A DNA stretch of 64,000 nucleotides from a virus, in the IMG/VR virus record IMGVR_UViG_3300017917_003053, positions 89,003 through 153,002 of that record; one strand, 5' to 3'. Below, piece by piece: positions 1 through 11,338 of this stretch. Below the pieces are notes generated by a model that ran no database searches, had not been told where the DNA came from, and saw only the letters and a list, made by a program, of their open reading frames with translations. A program made the translations under genes and the position numbers. Each line of letters begins with the position of its first letter. Within the stretch, counting starts at the first letter, position 1.

Positions 1-3000
1 AATCAATAAATGGATTGAAATCTTTATTCAAAGATCTTATATGAGATTGTTCTAAATATAACTTGTCATTTGGATTATTAACGGCGCTAGTAAGCTTTTG
101 ACCCAATGCTGGAGGAATAGGTTCGTGTTGATAGTAGGAGATTCTGGATCTATCAGAGACTTCAACATTATCTACTAGTACTGTGTATTCTTTGATATAA
201 AATGTTTTGGCGCTTGCTGTTACGTCAATCACAACGTCAATAGGTATACAAAAATCAGAATTTCCTTCTGCTATTAATTCTCCATATATTGGTAAAGCAT
301 CATTTTTAGTATATGTAATAACAATCTCGTCATCATCATTAACGTCTTCAGCTTTTCCTCTAAAAATTTGTTTATTATTATATTTAAATATCAGAGATCC
401 GGAATTTCTTGCTTGGGTATTAAGCTTAACTTTAATAGTTAATGGTCCTGTGATTGATCCAAGATAGATCCATTCTTTATTATTATTTACCGTACCTTTT
501 GCTATTATACTGTCTCCTGACAAATACATATTATCAGTTATTTCAAGTTTTTTATCATAGTTTAATAGTTGAAATTTACGTCTTTCATTATCTGTCAATG
601 AATCGAATAGTCTCACAGTGGGAAAGAAATATGTTTGTTTGTTTTTATCATAATCATTGACAAAACTGATAGGACATCCCCAAGTAAAAGATGTGTTTTT
701 ACTGACACTAGTACGTAGAATTGAGTTATTATACCACACATCATTAATTGGTTGTCCATACCAACTTTGTTTTAAAAATAAATCTTGACGATATAAATCA
801 ACATCATTATATTTTTGTGCCATCTGAGCAGCATATCCATAGGACATATTCCCCCATTTGCCTATGGTTAATTTATTATCTAGTTCTGTTGCATTAGGCC
901 GATAAATAACAATTGATTGATTATATTGACTACTATCTAAGGTCTTATATAGATATCCTCTTTGATAGTATCTTTCATCTGGAATTTTATTAATACGAAA
1001 TTTGTTAGTATCTAATATTTCAACAACAGTAACTTGTTCTTTTTTATTAAAATCTATAGAAGATACAAGAGTAAGTTTTTCTTCTCTAATAAATGGATCA
1101 TCAATATAGTTAAGCATTCGATTTTGATTACTGCTAGAACTATTAATTTGAAGAATATCTGTGCCAGACTCTCTAACAAAACTAAAATCATTGTAAGCAT
1201 AACCATATGCGTAATCCATATTAATGTACTCAAAAGGCACATTTTCTAAAATCATAGATTCTATAGGATTATATTTAGTCTTTTTAAAACTGTTATTAAC
1301 GTAATATGAATTGCCTTCAGTTTTAATTCCCAGATATGTGCTATTGTCTATTTTATTTTTTTGTTGCTCTGTCATTCCACTAGTACTATACATAAAGTTA
1401 TATCCTGGGAGATATTGTTCTTTATACATAGCTTTAGCGTTGTAAAAATAATTATTAATACTTTCTGCTAATTCAATAGTGACCAATACTTCTGTTCCTA
1501 TACAACTATCAAATATTTTTTGTCCTTTATCATCAATGATCTGTGTCCATGCAATACCTCCGTGACATCCTCCTTCTTCATATGCACATTGAATGAAGAT
1601 ATCCATAGTTTTACCAGATTTATTGCGAACTTTCTTTGGTAATGTTAGTACAGAAGTTCTATCTCCTCCTGGTACAGTTCCGGGGTCGTCTGGGCCTCCT
1701 CCGTTGTTTAAATTGGCCACTCCTATAAAAACATCATTAACAAATACATTAAATTTGGCTCTATCACATCCGTGTCCACCTGGGCATGGACCATCTGTAT
1801 TACTATATCTGATATACAAAGAATATGATCCTCCACCAGCATAAGATGGAGATGGTATAGATAATCCATTATGAATAGGAACAATAGGAGATAAATTATG
1901 ATATTTAGCATCATATGTCCATCCTGAGTTTGGATGAAAAAATCCTTTTAATCCAGATACCTCAAGTCCTGTTAAAATTGACTTTTTAGGATATTTCTGT
2001 TGAACGCCAGATACCTCTATCGCCCATTGTGTTCCCTGGCCCGTTGGAGGCACTTTTATTTCTATAGATACTTGTGTTGGTGATTGATTTTTTTTAGTTA
2101 AACACAATGCACCCGCTGTACTTGTAAAATAAGGATCTTCATTTTCTATAGAATCATTTTGCCAAGATAATTTAAAATGAGCACTTGTAGACTCATAACT
2201 CATAAATAGTTCAGCAGGATAATCGAAGTTTAGACTGATATTTTTATCTCCACATCCTTCTATTTTATATGAACAATTTTGACCTATAGGAAATATGGGA
2301 CTATGAGTTTTTGGTAATCTTGTTCCGGGATTGGGATGTCCAGAAGGTAAAATTAGACCATAGCTATTAACTTGTTGTTGAGTGAGTCCGCCATAGAATT
2401 GTCCAGACGGCATATAGAATGTCGATGTGGATGGAACATACAATAATCCTGATTCATTAGAAAGAACTGCTTTCCCGCTAGCATTAGGGTGTAGATCCAT
2501 TAAAGAAAAACATTTACAGGTCGGACTACTCTCCGAAATAAATGGAGGACACGATGGTTTGGATTCTGATCTAAGATACGAGATAAAGATACCGCTGCTA
2601 AATTGCACTTGCGAATTATTATGTGTTTTTATTTTGATAAAGATATTACTAGGATCACCATCCATAGTTTCCGGAGACTCATCCTTTTGTATAAAGTATG
2701 GTCCGATGAAAGTTTCTTCATTAATAGCTGAAGAACATGATACATCTCTTTGTAAAGATGTGACGAAATCAACACCTCCCAAACCATGTAGTTTGATAGT
2801 GTCAAAATCTGGTTTAAAAACACCACTATTTTTTTCTGATAAATTATATCCTATAATTTGATTGCCATATTTGACATAGTTTATATTATACTGGATTTCT
2901 GTTGGGTCATCACCTTCTTCTTCTGGAGGTTGTTCAACAGAAAAAATTTCATTAGATCGTACTGCCTCTAATTTTGTTTCATTGTTTAAATAAACAGCAA

Positions 3001-3931
3001 TATCATAACCTGTAGATTGTTTTTTATCAGCTAAAAATAGATCCGTCTCCATCTTTATTTGGATATTTGGTCCGGTGGTACTTTGAAAATTTGACTTTAA
3101 AGTAGCTTCGGATCCTTCTGGAACAGTAACTTTAATATTGTATTTAGAGCTTAATTTATTAAGTAAATCTTTTTTAGTAGTAATATAATTACCTTGGCCT
3201 ATGTCAGAATATGTTTTGTCTGACATTCCAGATAATTGAGGATATAATAAGCCTAATGGTGTCCTTTCATATATTAGACCATTAGATGGACCGGATAATG
3301 TTTCGGTGATTCTATCTATTTGTGGACCAGTTGCTAAAATACCAGCATTGATACTAGCTTGTGTTGTATTATATCCTGCACTCAATAAAGATGATTTGAT
3401 TGCTAGAAATGTACCGCTTAGATTAGGAGTAATCATTGGCTGATCATTAGCAATAGCCATATCTCCATCAGAAACATATAAATCAATACCTGGAAATAAT
3501 CTCAGTTCTTTTTCTGGTAAACGACCCATATCGTAGTATCTGTACCAAAATAATACTCCGCTAGTATAGGTTTTGCAGCCATAGTATTTTGTTAAGTCTA
3601 TTGGCCAGTCTAAAGCTAATTGTAACTTACCTGTGGTTGTCCAATTTTTAAATTTGGGATTGTCTATTAAAACAAAATTTTTAATTCCTAATCCGTTAGG
3701 AGTAGATGATGTGCATGGATTATTATTGTTGGTATCAACTTTAGTCCATGTTTTTCCGTTAGCGTTATTAATAAATTTATTGAATAATACCGGTTGCCAA
3801 ATTCCACTAAATTTAGCATTAAAAGCAGGAATCAGATTCTTTAGATCATAATTTAACGTTGTATTATTATCAAACGCAGTAGATAATTCGTTAATAAATG
3901 TTGTGTCTTTGACCCTGCAATCGCAATCCAT
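1..3931 (-). CDS. Large virion/tail-tip protein, 3'-truncated by the window edge (>1300 aa)
   Basis: Absent from the ORF track because no stop lies in the window. Manual translation from ATG at 3931 (MDCDCRVKDTTFINELSTAF...), preceded by GGAGGATAGG and abutting the upstream gene's stop, stays open to base 2. Position follows the tail genes. Confidence 0.8.
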   Translation of the reverse strand, partial: MDCDCRVKDTTFINELSTAFDNNTTLNYDLKNLIPAFNAKFSGIWQPVLFNKFINNANGKTWTKVDTNNNNPCTSSTPNGLGIKNFVLIDNPKFKNWTTTGKLQLALDWPIDLTKYYGCKTYTSGVLFWYRYYDMGRLPEKELRLFPGIDLYVSDGDMAIANDQPMITPNLSGTFLAIKSSLLSAGYNTTQASINAGILATGPQIDRITETLSGPSNGLIYERTPLGLLYPQLSGMSDKTYSDIGQGNYITTKKDLLNKLSSKYNIKVTVPEGSEATLKSNFQSTTGPNIQIKMETDLFLADKKQSTGYDIAVYLNNETKLEAVRSNEIFSVEQPPEEEGDDPTEIQYNINYVKYGNQIIGYNLSEKNSGVFKPDFDTIKLHGLGGVDFVTSLQRDVSCSSAINEETFIGPYFIQKDESPETMDGDPSNIFIKIKTHNNSQVQFSSGIFISYLRSESKPSCPPFISESSPTCKCFSLMDLHPNASGKAVLSNESGLLYVPSTSTFYMPSGQFYGGLTQQQVNSYGLILPSGHPNPGTRLPKTHSPIFPIGQNCSYKIEGCGDKNISLNFDYPAELFMSYESTSAHFKLSWQNDSIENEDPYFTSTAGALCLTKKNQSPTQVSIEIKVPPTGQGTQWAIEVSGVQQKYPKKSILTGLEVSGLKGFFHPNSGWTYDAKYHNLSPIVPIHNGLSIPSPSYAGGGSYSLYIRYSNTDGPCPGGHGCDRAKFNVFVNDVFIGVANLNNGGGPDDPGTVPGGDRTSVLTLPKKVRNKSGKTMDIFIQCAYEEGGCHGGIAWTQIIDDKGQKIFDSCIGTEVLVTIELAESINNYFYNAKAMYKEQYLPGYNFMYSTSGMTEQQKNKIDNSTYLGIKTEGNSYYVNNSFKKTKYNPIESMILENVPFEYINMDYAYGYAYNDFSFVRESGTDILQINSSSSNQNRMLNYIDDPFIREEKLTLVSSIDFNKKEQVTVVEILDTNKFRINKIPDERYYQRGYLYKTLDSSQYNQSIVIYRPNATELDNKLTIGKWGNMSYGYAAQMAQKYNDVDLYRQDLFLKQSWYGQPINDVWYNNSILRTSVSKNTSFTWGCPISFVNDYDKNKQTYFFPTVRLFDSLTDNERRKFQLLNYDKKLEITDNMYLSGDSIIAKGTVNNNKEWIYLGSITGPLTIKVKLNTQARNSGSLIFKYNNKQIFRGKAEDVNDDDEIVITYTKNDALPIYGELIAEGNSDFCIPIDVVIDVTASAKTFYIKEYTVLVDNVEVSDRSRISYYQHEPIPPALGQKLTSAVNNPNDKLYLEQSHIRSLNKDFNPFID

Positions 3932-3932
3932 C

Positions 3933-6900
3933 CTATCCTCCACAAGAATTTGTACTTGTTAAAATCCATTCGTTTTTCATAAATGTAAAAATACCAGGTT
4001 GATTATTAGTAGATATATCATAATTTAAATAGTTATTAAATTGTATAATAATTTGTTCTGGAGTTTCAGGTTGTCCTGTCACAGCATCAAAACCTTTCGC
4101 ATAAGCATTGGATATTGTAGCTGTACCATCGCTATTTATTGTTCCTAAAGCCACAATATTTTGTTTGGATACTGGTTCATAAAATCCAGAAGCCTCATCA
4201 TAGTAACATGTAAGTTTAGCTCCTCTAGGAGCGCCATAGTTTTCGGTACTATCTCTTACGAAAACCATTCTACGTAAATTATTAGCTAATGGTGATTTCT
4301 TATCTGCACTATTTAAAAATGCTCTGGCAGGAAATGGTGGTACAAGATCGTCTTCTAATTGAATATCTACTAATCCATAAGGCTGAGGAGTGGTCCAAAC
4401 TTTTCTTGATGCATCCCATCTTAAATCAATAGGGCCAACCGGCCACATATCTGGTCTTAATCCCCAACCCTTATAAAAATTGTTTTCTTTAACGGGTTCT
4501 GTCCACTGACCTTTTGCAGCGTCCCATGTTTGATTTTTCCCTAAAATTGTACCTTGATAATTTTCATAACCTCCTGTTTGATCTTTTAAATCCTTAATAC
4601 GTAATGGATATCCATTATCATTTAGAGATTTAGGTTCTCCTGACGCATTTGGTACTGGGAAACCATCAGTATCAAATCCCCATCCGGCCATTACCAATGG
4701 ACCACGAAGCGCTAAAAACCTATGATTATTTTGGAAATACTCTACCTTTTTATTTCCCATAGTTACTGTTGATTGACTTGTTCCAACTCTGCCTGTTGCA
4801 AGGTCAAAGGCTACGGAGTTCCAGTCTCCGTCACATAAAGAATTATTTTGATCTAAATACTCAAATCCATTCTGGTCTGAATTTAGATTACCATTAATTG
4901 ATAATGAGCCTAATGGAGGCACAACGCTTCGTCCAACAATGTCTATATGGTGAGCAGTATAGTCTGAGTCTTGAGCATATTTATTACGCAATTCTCCAAC
5001 TGGCATAATGATAGGATTTAAATTGACATAATCTATTTTCTTACCTTTAGTAGTAGAGAATAATAATTGTTTTAATTTATTAGGATCTTTAATAATAGTA
5101 TTATCTGCTTTATCAGATAAAATATATGGAGGTAGTCTTCCATTAGAAGCCAAAGAGGTATCTGATTCTTGTCCCGCCACTATATCTGAGCAATAATCAC
5201 AATATAATGTCTTATCAAACCATGTATATTGTTTTGTTCCTCTACAAATTGGACAACCAGAAATTTTACCATCATTAGTGGTAACATATGGTTTATAAGG
5301 AGTAGTTGAACTAAGCATTGTCGGATAGAAAGATACCGGATGTAGCAATCCATCCAAACTCATAAACGCTTTGGTGCTATACAACTCATCAAATTCTTGC
5401 ACAATTTCTCTGGCTTCTTGTATACCAACCGTTGTCATTTGTTTTATAGAATTACCTGACCATTGTGCATTATTATTGTTTGGAGTGGGGAAGAAAGACA
5501 TTCTCCCATTAGGTTCCATTTTTCTACTATAAAATGGTGCAGAATATCCCACCAGTACATTTGCTGGACTATAACTTCTTAAGATTGAGTCCGATGCTGT
5601 GCTCCATGAACCATTTACTCTTGTTCCGGTAGCCAAACCATTTAATATTTCTGATATCTTATTAAATGATTCTCTAAATTCTTTGTTCAATTTTAGAGTT
5701 GCTTCTGAAGCTTGTTTTATTCTGTCTGCATTCTCTTTATTGAAGAGTGTAAACTTTTTAGTGAATGTTCTAAAAGTATATGTTGTACTTGCTCCTCCAT
5801 CACTAATTTGACATTGTATATTACTAACTGTTGGACCTCTAAAAACAACTCCGGCTGCTTTTAATTCGGATCCCAAATTAATAAATGGCACACCTTTGAT
5901 AGTTAAATTGCCGGTCTCTAACTTTTGTTGATAATTGTTATCTTGTCCAACTGTTAATAAAGCTATTTCATCAAGAACTCTCATTCCTCCATATTTCCAT
6001 GGAACAAAATCTGAATTAATTTCTAGTTTTACTCCTCCAATTAATGTTTCAATTTTTTTATTTTTTATAGTATCATTATCGAAAGGGAAAATAACATTCT
6101 TTAATAGATCAGGAGCACTAACCCAAGGGCCATATACTGATGTGTTATCAATAATGGGAATACCAGCAAAAAACGGAATTGCCGCCTTTGGAGCTACACT
6201 TAAATTATTGAATTGTTTATTAGCTTTATTCTGACTCACAGCATTGTCTGCATTAGCACTGGAAAATTCTTGTGCTGTTGGCCTTCTAAACATAGAATTA
6301 GCTAAAGCATTAATAGCTACATCTGATCCTGTATCATTGTATTCATTAATAAAATAGTCTGCAATAGCAGCTTGTACTGATAAAGACTCAGGATTAATAG
6401 GATTAATAAGTACTGGTTGATTAACAGAAATAATAATTTTAGGATATAATTGTCCATTATATAAATATGTTTCAAATTCTTTTTGTACAGATGACTTGAT
6501 ATAGACTTTGGAGACTCCTCCTTGGCTTATTGGCACTTGAGTTCCGAATGGATCTGTCAAAGATTTATTAGGTTGTGGTATTACTACACTCTCTCCGTCT
6601 TTTAATTGAAGTGCTGGTTCCCAAAATCCTAAAGATATAGAATCATCTCCGGATAAACTCACTACTCTAGGATTGGCACCATATGTTGCTCCAAACTTTC
6701 TAGATATATCCCATTTCCACATATGAATAGCTTGCATATTAGCATATGTTTCTAGAGACATATCATAAAGTTTTTTATATAACTCTTTACTATAATTATA
6801 TTGGACTGTATTATTAAATCCTAAAATAGGTTCTATAGATCCATCTTCTTTTAAGAGAGGATCCAGATTGGAATTACCAACTCGTAAACTATCATCAATC

Positions 6901-9524
6901 CAATTACCCGGTTCTTCCCATGCAAATTCTGTTGGTTCAAAAGAGTAATATAACTTTTGAGATCCTGATCGCAAATAGATGGGTTGGCCAGCGTCATTGG
7001 TGCCTATTTGTATTAATAATGGAGAGCCATTTGTTGCTCTAAATGGTTCATCATCTCTCCAAACTTGTGGAGATGGTACATTAACCATATATTTTTTACC
7101 ATAAAATTCATCACCAATCTTTTTAAAAAATGTCTGAAGATTGTTTATGATAGAATAAACCCGTTCATCGTTCAAAATAGATCCGTTAGGAGTAATTGAT
7201 ACCGATTCACTACCATTTTGTTTAGTTGCTCCACTAATAGCATTAATGTTAAAATTTCTAGATAATCCAGAAACTAATCCCTTAATCCAAGGGTCTGAGA
7301 AGCTAGTATAAGGTGTTATAGCAGAAGCTGTTCCCGTAAAAATAATCGGACCAAGAACATGCTTCCAAATATCTATAGGAAATCCCGGTTTTAGAATAGA
7401 ATTAAAGCAATCATATTTACTACCATCTTCTAACATGCCTGTAAGAAATCCCATGTAAGCATCCAAACCACTCATGGCTGCTCTAATTTCTGTTTCGCTA
7501 ATTCTTACATAAAAATCAGAATTACTATACGATACTCCTATAGCAGCTCCTATCTCTGCTAAACTAAAATAAACTAAATATCCTACGCCACCACCGTCTG
7601 GAACGGATCCTAATCTAGCATTCATATTTTTATGATGATGACTTACTGGTCTAATATATCCAGTCAATGGATCATTACCAAAATAAGGACATATAGAATC
7701 ATGAATATATGAAGCGTATTCGTTGCCTCCGGGTAATGCAACATTATCTTGTCCAAGAGGCGTCACAAATGTTGTTTTTATATTGGGAATATAGTTGCCT
7801 ACTGGCCTAGAGGTTCCTCCAAAAATACTAGCTTGTGTATTAAAAATTTGGGAATATATCTCTACTCTGCCAAAAGGTGTTGCTGGAGTTTGATATGCTG
7901 CTGAATAATGATCAGGATTTCTAATGTTGGTTGTATCAAAAAATCTGTAATACTGTAATACATTAGGATCATTAGCTGTTTGCGGATAATGGCTTACATT
8001 CAAAAATGCATTTACATAAGCATTATATCTTAATGTGGACTGTTTTAGAGCATGTTTAAAATTAGCAACTTGATATAGTCTTTGCTGTTTACCGCCAACA
8101 ATAACTGTTCTGATCGGATCATTATTACCTAGTTCTTCTCCCTTAGAGTATGATGTAACCGATAGACCTTGATTGGCTATATCCGTAATAAATCCTTGAA
8201 CAATATTATCCGGACTATTGGTGAGTGTATTGATGGAATTAATTTTTAGATATGGATAAATATTTTCTCCATCAATTTGCAATTGCATAGAAATAAAAAC
8301 AGATTGTCCAGTATTTTCTGCAATATTATTGATAAAAGTTAGTATATCCATCTTATTTTCTGATATGCGATAATTATATGGTATAATGCCATTATTAATG
8401 ATATCAGAAAAATCTAATCTGTATGGTATTAGATATAACTGGAGATTTAATTTGTTATAAGTAGCATATAATGACGGTTGTATAAGACCAAACCTGTATT
8501 TTTCTTTACCTTCAGCCGATGACAATAAGAAAACATCGTTCAGTGTAGACTTAAATTTTGGTGGTTTACTGACAATTCTACCATATGGTGAATATCTTAA
8601 TATCTTGTTTTTCTGATTAGTTATAGGAGCATCAGAGTTGATTAATCCATCTAATCCTGTTAAAACATTAATAGCAGTGATACCTTGTTCGCTGCGTCCA
8701 GATCTACCGTATGAATATAAAGAATCTGTGCCAGCAGGTTTGTTTCCATATTCATCGCAATGATCTTCTAAATATCCATATACATTAAAAAGATTGGGAA
8801 CATTTTGTTCTGCGATAGCACCAATATAATTACCTTCTGACGCTTTGGGAAAACCAAACTCTGTGCCAAATTGAGACCCAGCAGATTTAGAAAAAACTGC
8901 TCCGTTATAATCTCCCAAAATCATTTGGGATTGAGTTAATAAAAATGATGGTGCTTCTATATTAATTGAATATGTTAAAGTTCCAGATGATCCTCCTGTT
9001 CTCTCCCAACTTTTGACAATACCATGAAATTCAAAATCGTCATATTTAAAATATACTGCACACCCTACTATATCCACACTTCTAGATAAATCTATATTTC
9101 CATATATATCTAAAATTTCTCCATAAAATCCAGGATCAGCATCATACCAATATCTGGATACTAATTTTCCATTATATGGAATATAATATACTTTTCCTGG
9201 AATTAAAGAATTACCATTTTCATCTTTTTCAAAAGTATTGCTTCTTCTTTTATTTGTATAATCGTCATATGCTGTAGGACCGGGTCTTAATACTGTATTT
9301 CCATTAATATTTGTTAATTCTGGATATATACATTTATCTACTGCTATTTCTACAGATAATTTACTGGCTTCGGTTCCCCATGCTAATGAAGCATTAAAAG
9401 ATCGTATGCTGCCTCCTAAGAATAGCGTCTGAGCATAAACTTTAGCACAACAAATATTGTATGTGGATGATGATCCACCATTTTTTCCTTCAACGTCAAA
9501 AGTTGTTTGACATATAGTTACCAT
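3933..9524 (-). CDS. Large tail-tip/baseplate hub-like virion protein (1863 aa)
   Basis: Long ORF downstream of the TMP; N-terminal 'FLGGSIRSFNASLAWG...LSVEIAVD...FKYDDFEFHGIVKSW' resembles tail hub beta-domains; function by synteny. Confidence 0.6.
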   Translation of the reverse strand: MVTICQTTFDVEGKNGGSSSTYNICCAKVYAQTLFLGGSIRSFNASLAWGTEASKLSVEIAVDKCIYPELTNINGNTVLRPGPTAYDDYTNKRRSNTFEKDENGNSLIPGKVYYIPYNGKLVSRYWYDADPGFYGEILDIYGNIDLSRSVDIVGCAVYFKYDDFEFHGIVKSWERTGGSSGTLTYSINIEAPSFLLTQSQMILGDYNGAVFSKSAGSQFGTEFGFPKASEGNYIGAIAEQNVPNLFNVYGYLEDHCDEYGNKPAGTDSLYSYGRSGRSEQGITAINVLTGLDGLINSDAPITNQKNKILRYSPYGRIVSKPPKFKSTLNDVFLLSSAEGKEKYRFGLIQPSLYATYNKLNLQLYLIPYRLDFSDIINNGIIPYNYRISENKMDILTFINNIAENTGQSVFISMQLQIDGENIYPYLKINSINTLTNSPDNIVQGFITDIANQGLSVTSYSKGEELGNNDPIRTVIVGGKQQRLYQVANFKHALKQSTLRYNAYVNAFLNVSHYPQTANDPNVLQYYRFFDTTNIRNPDHYSAAYQTPATPFGRVEIYSQIFNTQASIFGGTSRPVGNYIPNIKTTFVTPLGQDNVALPGGNEYASYIHDSICPYFGNDPLTGYIRPVSHHHKNMNARLGSVPDGGGVGYLVYFSLAEIGAAIGVSYSNSDFYVRISETEIRAAMSGLDAYMGFLTGMLEDGSKYDCFNSILKPGFPIDIWKHVLGPIIFTGTASAITPYTSFSDPWIKGLVSGLSRNFNINAISGATKQNGSESVSITPNGSILNDERVYSIINNLQTFFKKIGDEFYGKKYMVNVPSPQVWRDDEPFRATNGSPLLIQIGTNDAGQPIYLRSGSQKLYYSFEPTEFAWEEPGNWIDDSLRVGNSNLDPLLKEDGSIEPILGFNNTVQYNYSKELYKKLYDMSLETYANMQAIHMWKWDISRKFGATYGANPRVVSLSGDDSISLGFWEPALQLKDGESVVIPQPNKSLTDPFGTQVPISQGGVSKVYIKSSVQKEFETYLYNGQLYPKIIISVNQPVLINPINPESLSVQAAIADYFINEYNDTGSDVAINALANSMFRRPTAQEFSSANADNAVSQNKANKQFNNLSVAPKAAIPFFAGIPIIDNTSVYGPWVSAPDLLKNVIFPFDNDTIKNKKIETLIGGVKLEINSDFVPWKYGGMRVLDEIALLTVGQDNNYQQKLETGNLTIKGVPFINLGSELKAAGVVFRGPTVSNIQCQISDGGASTTYTFRTFTKKFTLFNKENADRIKQASEATLKLNKEFRESFNKISEILNGLATGTRVNGSWSTASDSILRSYSPANVLVGYSAPFYSRKMEPNGRMSFFPTPNNNNAQWSGNSIKQMTTVGIQEAREIVQEFDELYSTKAFMSLDGLLHPVSFYPTMLSSTTPYKPYVTTNDGKISGCPICRGTKQYTWFDKTLYCDYCSDIVAGQESDTSLASNGRLPPYILSDKADNTIIKDPNKLKQLLFSTTKGKKIDYVNLNPIIMPVGELRNKYAQDSDYTAHHIDIVGRSVVPPLGSLSINGNLNSDQNGFEYLDQNNSLCDGDWNSVAFDLATGRVGTSQSTVTMGNKKVEYFQNNHRFLALRGPLVMAGWGFDTDGFPVPNASGEPKSLNDNGYPLRIKDLKDQTGGYENYQGTILGKNQTWDAAKGQWTEPVKENNFYKGWGLRPDMWPVGPIDLRWDASRKVWTTPQPYGLVDIQLEDDLVPPFPARAFLNSADKKSPLANNLRRMVFVRDSTENYGAPRGAKLTCYYDEASGFYEPVSKQNIVALGTINSDGTATISNAYAKGFDAVTGQPETPEQIIIQFNNYLNYDISTNNQPGIFTFMKNEWILTSTNSCGG

Positions 9525-9543
9525 ATAAAGTCCTATTTAATTT

Positions 9544-11316
9544 TTAGAGATAACATGCTCCTGATGTATATACCCAAGTTACATCCCAACTAAATCTTCC
9601 TTCAAAAGGATTCCATGTTTGTGTATCACTAGTCTTGAATACCAATCCCATATTTGATATCGAATAAGATGATGTTGGAACTAGTGTTGCAAACGCAGTT
9701 GCTCCTATTGGTTTAAATGCATCCATAAGTTGTTTTAATTGTTGATATTCTGGTCTTGATACATTAATAACGCACTCTGGTGATTGTGGATGACTTGATT
9801 TAAATCCTGTTGGAGTAGGATAAACAACTTCAATATTAACTTTTCTTTCAGATTTAGAATTGCCAACTTTCTCTAAAACCGGCCCAAGTGGTCTTCCTAA
9901 AACGAACGTTTCTGCCACAACATCAGTCTGCTTATTATCTGTAACAGTTAAGGTTGAACTTAACACACCGGATAACCATGATCCAGGCTTGTTATTATAA
10001 GCTACAGAATATGTAATGGAACCAGCAATTGGATTTAAAGTTTCAGTATATGATAATGGGGTTATATTTAATGGTGAAATATTTTTTGGACCAATCCATT
10101 GTACAGGTAATGATCTTCCTACTGGTGCGTTAGGAGATGGAACTGTGGACAATGCTGTAGATGCTCTTTGATATAAATAAGGCTTTACCCCGGACATATA
10201 GCCATATAAAGCATTAACAAATTTATTATTAGTACTAGTTTGGGCTGGAAAAGATGTTAAAAATTCTTTACTAATATTTCCTGTCATTAAAGAGCTTGGG
10301 AATACCACATAACCCTCTGGAGCTTGTTCTAGTCCTTTAATAGTTCCATTTAATGTAACGGTTTTTAAGAATTTTTCATCTGTAGATATTTCCCATGTAA
10401 AATCTTCTGTGTATCTGACCCCTGTTCCTAGTGCTAACCATGTATCTGTGATACCATAAGAACCAGCTGAAACATTAGATTCAATGGTTCTCATATGGTT
10501 GTATAGTCTTAAACCATCAGTTGTTGTAGTATATGGCTGATTGGTTAATTGCACACCAGTTGGGTTTGGGTTGGCTGTTGCTGTCACAGCAGAGACATAG
10601 GCTATATTTGCTCTATCTTTGACCCATTTGGATGCTTCTACAAATGCGGAACTTTTTAAAGCTGGATTTAATGGATTGTTAGGATTGCTTCTGTCAATAG
10701 CCTTACCAACGGCACTTAATCTATGGGTAATTCTATATTGTAAAAAATTACGCATAGAAAAATCTTGTATTTTAATCTCTATGTCTGTTTGTGATGGTGG
10801 TTTGGATGTGTCTATTGAAGAGCTAGATTTAAAATCATATAAAGTAGTGTTTTGTTTATGCTCAAAGTAATATACTTCTTCCAATGGTTCTATAGTCCAA
10901 CTATCATCGTAAGATTCTATCAGTGCGTTTCCTGTGGATGAGATACTTTCCAAACTTATAGTATATGGTAGTGTTACCGCCCAGTTGTTTTCACTCTTTG
11001 AAGCATTACTAGAAACAAAATATGTTCCTGAATAATTTGTCAATTGTAGATTATTACAAATAACTTCAAAAGTAGAATTTTGTTTAGCGGGATCTTTAAA
11101 GTATGATTCTATACCACTATATTGAGCCAAACAGTCACTTAAGCCTGATCCTATAAGCGTACCTTCTAACTGTAGTGTTGTTTTGTATGACAGAATATTA
11201 TTATCTATATCTCTATTTGCTGTTGTATCAATGGTTAATAGAGGTATTGGTCTGCCACTGTTAGGCGGATTGCTAAATAAACTTCCGCCATATCTTATAT
11301 TAACGGCATTTGCCAT
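9544..11316 (-). CDS. Putative distal tail/baseplate protein (590 aa)
   Basis: Beta-rich (S/T/Y/W alternating) ORF in the tail module; synteny only. Confidence 0.5.
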   Translation of the reverse strand: MANAVNIRYGGSLFSNPPNSGRPIPLLTIDTTANRDIDNNILSYKTTLQLEGTLIGSGLSDCLAQYSGIESYFKDPAKQNSTFEVICNNLQLTNYSGTYFVSSNASKSENNWAVTLPYTISLESISSTGNALIESYDDSWTIEPLEEVYYFEHKQNTTLYDFKSSSSIDTSKPPSQTDIEIKIQDFSMRNFLQYRITHRLSAVGKAIDRSNPNNPLNPALKSSAFVEASKWVKDRANIAYVSAVTATANPNPTGVQLTNQPYTTTTDGLRLYNHMRTIESNVSAGSYGITDTWLALGTGVRYTEDFTWEISTDEKFLKTVTLNGTIKGLEQAPEGYVVFPSSLMTGNISKEFLTSFPAQTSTNNKFVNALYGYMSGVKPYLYQRASTALSTVPSPNAPVGRSLPVQWIGPKNISPLNITPLSYTETLNPIAGSITYSVAYNNKPGSWLSGVLSSTLTVTDNKQTDVVAETFVLGRPLGPVLEKVGNSKSERKVNIEVVYPTPTGFKSSHPQSPECVINVSRPEYQQLKQLMDAFKPIGATAFATLVPTSSYSISNMGLVFKTSDTQTWNPFEGRFSWDVTWVYTSGACYL

Positions 11317-11338
11317 ATTAAATCCTTATCTTAAATTA

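Noticed and set aside
1-3931. Apparent gene-poor region with only short ORFs in the track
   Set aside because: It is one continuous minus-strand ORF running off the window; the short ORFs are shadows
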